Shown here in pieces: positions 24,080-28,572 of a DNA stretch of 28,572 nucleotides (its first letter is position 1; every line of letters starts with the position of its first letter). The notes under the pieces were generated by a model. That model had not been told where the DNA came from. It saw only the letters and a program-made list of their open reading frames with translations, and did no database searches. A program made the translations under genes and the position numbers. This stretch comes from a virus. Lineage: Duplodnaviria; Caudoviricetes. Location: IMG/VR virus record IMGVR_UViG_3300033129_000617, positions 1-28,572 of that record. One strand, given 5' to 3'.

Positions 24080-24688
24080 TTAATTGGTAAATCCTTTTGA
24101 AATTTCTTTTAATCTGTTTAATTTTTCCTCATCAGTTTTCACTGCTTTAAATGCGTTAAAGTAGTTAGGCTTAGAGGGCTCTGCTGTAGGCTTTTTAGAA
24201 AGCTCATCTACTACCTCAATTAATGAGAAGTTAGCAGAAAATAGAGAGCTCATTTTACTCTCTGCCTCCATCAACTTAGCTTCAATAGCTGCTACTTTAG
24301 CCTCTAGCTCAGCCATTTTAGCCATCATCATAGCCATCATTTCCTCAGCATCAAAGGCTGCAGGAGCTTCCTCAGCTGGAGCATCAGAGCTCATCTCCTC
24401 AGGCTGTTCATCAGCAGGATCAGTAGAGCTCATCTCCTCTTCGATAGGCATGATCTCAGTAATAATACCTCCCTCAGTTTTTACCTTAGCTACTCCCTCA
24501 ATAACATGAACTGCATCAGGAGCAGGGCTAGTAGATCCATCAGCTGCTACTACTGATACAGCAGTACCTACTACTAAATCTCCCTCTACTCTGATTACTG
24601 CCCCACTATCTAGGGTATAATCTGCAAATTTTTGAGCCTGAGAAAATTTTAAAATGTTCTTTAGGCTTTTTAATACTACTACATCCAT
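24080..24688 (-). CDS. Capsid scaffolding-like protein
   Basis: Acidic protein with 'PAPD..H......KT.GGII.EI', a low-complexity linker and a coiled coil. Lies between protease and capsid. Confidence 0.65.
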   Translation of the reverse strand: MDVVVLKSLKNILKFSQAQKFADYTLDSGAVIRVEGDLVVGTAVSVVAADGSTSPAPDAVHVIEGVAKVKTEGGIITEIMPIEEEMSSTDPADEQPEEMSSDAPAEEAPAAFDAEEMMAMMMAKMAELEAKVAAIEAKLMEAESKMSSLFSANFSLIEVVDELSKKPTAEPSKPNYFNAFKAVKTDEEKLNRLKEISKGFTN

Positions 24689-24723
24689 AATAATTCTATT
24701 ACAATTTTAAATATCAATTTAGT

Positions 24724-25347
24724 TTACTTTGTGCCATTTGCTATCAGCTCATCTATCAGAGTAAAGATTTCACTATATAGCTGCTGCCTCTCATCATTTT
24801 TCTCTAATGGGATATGCTTAAAAATACCCTCTACTGAAAAGCCTCTAAAAATTCCCTTTTCAATAAACTCACTCCATACATCATCATTATCTACTTTCCA
24901 TGATCCCCACCATGCCCCATCTTTTAAGCCATAGCCTGTAGGAGGGATGATGCCCCTAGAGCTATCAATTAATAAACTCTCAAATAAATAAACTCCCTCA
25001 GTTTTAGCTTTATGATCTAGAGTAACAGCATCTAAATAATGATTTTTAAAAAACTTTTGTACGATCTTAAAAATGCTCTCTGCTGTAAATGTTACATAAT
25101 ACTCTTTTACTCCTCCAAATGCATCAGTATCTCTCCTTAAAATAAGCTCATCAGGGATCATAATAGCACCGCTAATAATTCTCCTGCTCTCATTCGCTGT
25201 AAATCTCTGCTGCCCTAGTTCGTTAAAGGCTAGAAAGTTCTTTTTAATTGCAGGATTTTCTACCAATGATACTGCAAATACTCCACTATCATCATTATCA
25301 TCTAGATTAATATCTAGGAGATAAATAGGTAAATTTTCTTTTATCAT
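24724..25347 (-). CDS. Prohead serine protease (XkdF-like)
   Basis: 'SLVE.PAI..NF..F', 'RII.G..MIPD..I.R', 'H', 'G.W..S.KV....VW....G...GFSVEG'. Confidence 0.85.
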   Translation of the reverse strand: MIKENLPIYLLDINLDDNDDSGVFAVSLVENPAIKKNFLAFNELGQQRFTANESRRIISGAIMIPDELILRRDTDAFGGVKEYYVTFTAESIFKIVQKFFKNHYLDAVTLDHKAKTEGVYLFESLLIDSSRGIIPPTGYGLKDGAWWGSWKVDNDDVWSEFIEKGIFRGFSVEGIFKHIPLEKNDERQQLYSEIFTLIDELIANGTK

Positions 25348-27581
25348 AATCTACTATTAGTTTTTAATCGGTTAGCTCTTTTCTGTTTACTGCTAATATC
25401 ACTCTCTACTACATAGGCTCTGATCTCTGAGCCTTTATCCTTATTTTGTAGCTGAGTAGAGATAGGCATAGCTGGCGTAATAGCTGCCCCTGATGCTGTT
25501 AGGCTAGGAGCTGCAGTAGATCCTTTACCTCCTGATGAGCTAGATCCTCCTGCATCAGATTTATATTTTTGAGCTCTAATTTGCGCTACGTTCGCTAGCC
25601 CTGCTGCTACTGCTGCTGCTGCTGCCACAAATGGAGCACCGGGAAAGGCTGCAGTTAATGCAGTATTAGCTGCTGTAGCATTAAAGGCATTGATAGCAGA
25701 GCTATAGGTAGCTACTAATGCAGAGGCAATATCTAGGGCTTTCTTTCTTTCAAAGGATTTTTTTCTTAGCTCCTCCTGCTTAGCCTCATTTCCCTCAGCC
25801 TCAGCTATCTGATTTTTATAGTAGCTCTCTATTAGTTTTGAGGCAGTACCTATAGAGCTGGATAATTGCTCAGTAATAAAGTTATTTAATGCTATCCTGC
25901 TAGCTTTCTCATCCTCTGCTAGTGTTTTACGTTCTTGCGTTAATTTAAATACTCCCTCATTAAACTGCTCCTCAGTAATTAGCTGCTTATCTCTAGCATC
26001 TTTTAGGGCTTTCTCCTCTAAATCTAGAGTATTTTTTCTTAGCTCAAAGTTAGATTTATTAGCCTGCATCTGCATATCTAATACTTTCATAGTATTAGTA
26101 AATGCAGCCTGAGCATCATTTACTGCATTAATGCTCTCCTGCTTTTTTCTCTTTTCTGCATAGAGCTGATTAATCTGATCTATTTTTTTATTTCTCTCCT
26201 CAGTAGATAGCACCTCAGCATCTAGAGCCTTAATATCTGCTGCCTTTTGTAGATCCAGCTCCTTTAATGCTCTCTGCCCCTCATTTTGGATAGTAGCTAA
26301 AAATGCCTCATCTTTGATAGCTTGCATCTGAGCCTCAAAATCTAGAGCCTGCTTTTTATCCTCCTCATTAAATTTATTAATGAGCTCTACTCTCTCAGAA
26401 TTTTGTTTTTTATCTAGGGCAGCTGTTAGCTTAGCTCTCTCCTGCTTTGTTAGCTTCATAGTAGCTAGCTCATCCTTTTCTTTCTGCTGCTGAGATACTA
26501 GATTAAATAGCTCTCTATCTCTCTCATCTTTTATCCTGAGTAGAAAAGCCTCAGCCTCTATATCTCTGAGCTTATTAGCTGCAGCTCTAGCTCTATCCTG
26601 CTCCTCTTTTCTTAATCTCTCAGCCTCTTTAGCTTTATCTGCAGCCTCTTTTTTTCTTTTCTCAGCCTCCTCTTTAGCTTTCTTTTCCTTTTCTGCTAGG
26701 CTTTTATTATACTCTACATCAGCAATCTGTAAATCAACCTTTAAATTTTCAATATCATTTTTGAGCTCCTTAATTTTCTGCTTTCTCTCCTCAGTAGCAT
26801 CCTCTGCCTGAGCTTTTTCTAGCAATCTTAGAGCTGCTTGGTTATCATGGATTTTACTCTGTAGGGCTAATGTTTGCTCAAAATATGCTAACTGATCATT
26901 ACCCTGAGCCTTAGCTAATTTAGCCTCCCTCTCATATCCAGCAGCATTTAAATCTGCAGCTGCTTTAAATCTTTCTGCTGCCTCCTCTGCTGTAGTTCCT
27001 GTTTCACTCATTAGGGAGATGATCTCAGTTAACGCATAGATCAAAGCTCCTACCCCTGTTGCAACTAATGCAGCTCTAAATGCCTTAGTAGCCAATGTAG
27101 CTCCCTGAGTAACAAAGGTATAAACCTTCATAACTCCCTCTTGGATCTTCATGCCTACTACGTTATTTTTCTGAGTAAGGTTAGCTAGCTCAGTTATCCC
27201 CTGCAGCATAGCCATAGCTCCCTGTACTTTCATTAGAGCCTTTTCTACCTCTTTATTCTCAGAGCCAAACAAAGCCATAGCACCCTGAGCAGCAGCAAAG
27301 CCTGCAGCTATTCCCTTAGCTACTCCTACAGCTAAATCTAATTTAGGGAAATCTGATGATAGGATATTTACCCTATCATTCATATCCCCTATCCTATCCT
27401 TTAGCTCCCCTGCTCTGCTCTCTAGCTCTCTAAATTTCTCGCTGGCTGTATCTCCTGCAGCTGCTAAAGTTCTGAGCTCCTTTTGTACCTGCTTAAATTC
27501 AGTACGCAAATCAGTAGTGCCCTTTTTACTACCTGAGGCATCTACGTTAATATCTATTACAATCTCTCTTTTATCAGCCAT
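25344..27581 (-). CDS. Tape measure protein (745 aa)
   Basis: Long Ala/Lys/Glu coiled coil with hydrophobic segments (ALVATGVGALIYAL; FVAAAAAVAAGLANVAQI) and a C-terminal 'IRAYVVESDI'. Confidence 0.85.
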   Translation of the reverse strand: MADKREIVIDINVDASGSKKGTTDLRTEFKQVQKELRTLAAAGDTASEKFRELESRAGELKDRIGDMNDRVNILSSDFPKLDLAVGVAKGIAAGFAAAQGAMALFGSENKEVEKALMKVQGAMAMLQGITELANLTQKNNVVGMKIQEGVMKVYTFVTQGATLATKAFRAALVATGVGALIYALTEIISLMSETGTTAEEAAERFKAAADLNAAGYEREAKLAKAQGNDQLAYFEQTLALQSKIHDNQAALRLLEKAQAEDATEERKQKIKELKNDIENLKVDLQIADVEYNKSLAEKEKKAKEEAEKRKKEAADKAKEAERLRKEEQDRARAAANKLRDIEAEAFLLRIKDERDRELFNLVSQQQKEKDELATMKLTKQERAKLTAALDKKQNSERVELINKFNEEDKKQALDFEAQMQAIKDEAFLATIQNEGQRALKELDLQKAADIKALDAEVLSTEERNKKIDQINQLYAEKRKKQESINAVNDAQAAFTNTMKVLDMQMQANKSNFELRKNTLDLEEKALKDARDKQLITEEQFNEGVFKLTQERKTLAEDEKASRIALNNFITEQLSSSIGTASKLIESYYKNQIAEAEGNEAKQEELRKKSFERKKALDIASALVATYSSAINAFNATAANTALTAAFPGAPFVAAAAAVAAGLANVAQIRAQKYKSDAGGSSSSGGKGSTAAPSLTASGAAITPAMPISTQLQNKDKGSEIRAYVVESDISSKQKRANRLKTNSRL

Positions 27582-27596
27582 ATCTATAAATATAAA

Positions 27597-28572
27597 TTAC
27601 TCAGGATTAGTAGTAGCAGTAGGAGTAGAGATAATAGGCTTTCTCTCTCCATCTAGATCAGCTCCAGCCCCATCTACTACAGCAAAAGTAGTAGGAGAAA
27701 ATGCAGTTATAGGAAAATCTAGCAGTAGCTCTACCTCCGTACTATTGTACCTAATATTATCTACGTTGTTTACATTTTGAACTTTCCACCTCTGCCCCTT
27801 AAAAAATACCTTATTTCTAAAGCTAAAGGTATTAATATCCACCTCATTAAGAAAAAAGCTAGCAGTAACATATTTAGCATTAGGATTAATAATACTATTT
27901 AATTTGTTTCTATGTAGCCAATTAAAAAGATTATTATTAGTGTAATTAAATAAGGTAGGATTTTCGGGAGTATTAGAGTAGTATAGCTCTCTAGGCATCC
28001 CGAAAAGAAAATCTATAGTAGGATTATAGGGATTATTTAAATGCCCTGCATAGGGATATTTTTCCATAGGTACGCTATTGAAAACAAAAAATCCAGCAGT
28101 TACAGGATAGGAGATATAATCAACATATACAAACCTACAGCCTGCAGCTATTTTCTTTAAATTACCATTCTCAAAATCATAAAATCTAGGGATCAGCCTA
28201 GAGCTGTTACCATAGTTTACTACTACAGGAGCAGCAAAGATAGATCTATGCTCCTCTGCCTCTGCAGCAAAATCTGAGGTATTGATAAAATCTCTATAGC
28301 TGTAGTTTTCTGCATAGCTATTAAAATACAGATTATCAAAATATCCACCTCCTCTATTATGGCTATAGATAAATCTCTTTTTAGCTAGAGCTCCAGCTGG
28401 ATCTATACTGATCTCCTTTGAGGTATCTAGTTTATCATCCCAATTTAATAAAGTTCCTGAGGTATAAAAATCATCATAGGTATCTATAATGATATTTTTA
28501 GGGTTATTCTTATCAGGCTCAGCAAATAAATTAAAATCTCTGAGCACCCCTCTCAAAAAATCTCCCTGCTTA
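27597..28572 (-). CDS. 3' part of the ~739-aa tail protein that starts at 1244
   Basis: Joining base 1 to base 28572 reads ...LPVG-I-KQGDFLRGVLRDFNLF..., in frame with ORF 27597..28556. Confidence 0.8.
   Translation of the reverse strand, partial: KQGDFLRGVLRDFNLFAEPDKNNPKNIIIDTYDDFYTSGTLLNWDDKLDTSKEISIDPAGALAKKRFIYSHNRGGGYFDNLYFNSYAENYSYRDFINTSDFAAEAEEHRSIFAAPVVVNYGNSSRLIPRFYDFENGNLKKIAAGCRFVYVDYISYPVTAGFFVFNSVPMEKYPYAGHLNNPYNPTIDFLFGMPRELYYSNTPENPTLFNYTNNNLFNWLHRNKLNSIINPNAKYVTASFFLNEVDINTFSFRNKVFFKGQRWKVQNVNNVDNIRYNSTEVELLLDFPITAFSPTTFAVVDGAGADLDGERKPIISTPTATTNPE

Noticed and set aside
24386-24439. 15-bp direct repeat agagctcatctcctc in the scaffold gene
   Set aside because: It encodes EEMSS twice in a low-complexity linker, which is an ordinary local duplication.
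2644-27780. Plus-strand ORFs in the track (2644, 4643, 16134, 18377, 21332, 23374, 24731, 27517)
   Set aside because: All lie antisense to well-supported minus-strand genes, are short and have no recognisable motifs. They are shadow ORFs.
1-28572. Stop-codon recoding suggested by abundant TAG/CTA
   Set aside because: Genes are full length in the standard code, and TAG ends ORFs at 3346, 7648, 11451 and 16900.

Overview
The window looks like the complete, circularly closed 28,572-bp genome of a small tailed phage, probably a siphovirus. One tail gene runs off base 1 and continues in frame at base 28572. Every credible gene is on the minus strand. A Bacteroidota host is inferred from TAnnTTTG (-7) promoters and A-rich starts that lack Shine-Dalgarno sites. 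In transcription order from about 16.7 kb: early genes (HNH, HTH, ERF recombinase, a replication initiator with internal iteron-like repeats), middle genes (DUF1064 nuclease, M15 endolysin, metallophosphoesterase, DUF3310, holin, sigma-like factor), then terS/terL, a -1 frameshifting tail chaperone, tail genes, tape measure, protease, scaffold, capsid, tail tube, portal, adaptor and tail fibre. I saw no integrase, DNA polymerase, methyltransferase, RT, tRNA or CRISPR. The most interesting signal is two related non-coding elements (about 16828-16890 and 22507-22564). Each has a U-rich 5' segment followed by nearly the same terminator stem. The 5' segments are antisense to the start regions of several early genes, including one exact 16-nt match and a shared TAAAACCTAAA leader motif. 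This suggests a phage-encoded multi-target antisense sRNA switch. Also notable are strong CG and [GC]A[AC] avoidance with compositionally deviant islands, a portal-wHTH-gpF-like fusion, and several unannotated small ORFs. All product calls come from motif recognition by eye, with no database search.
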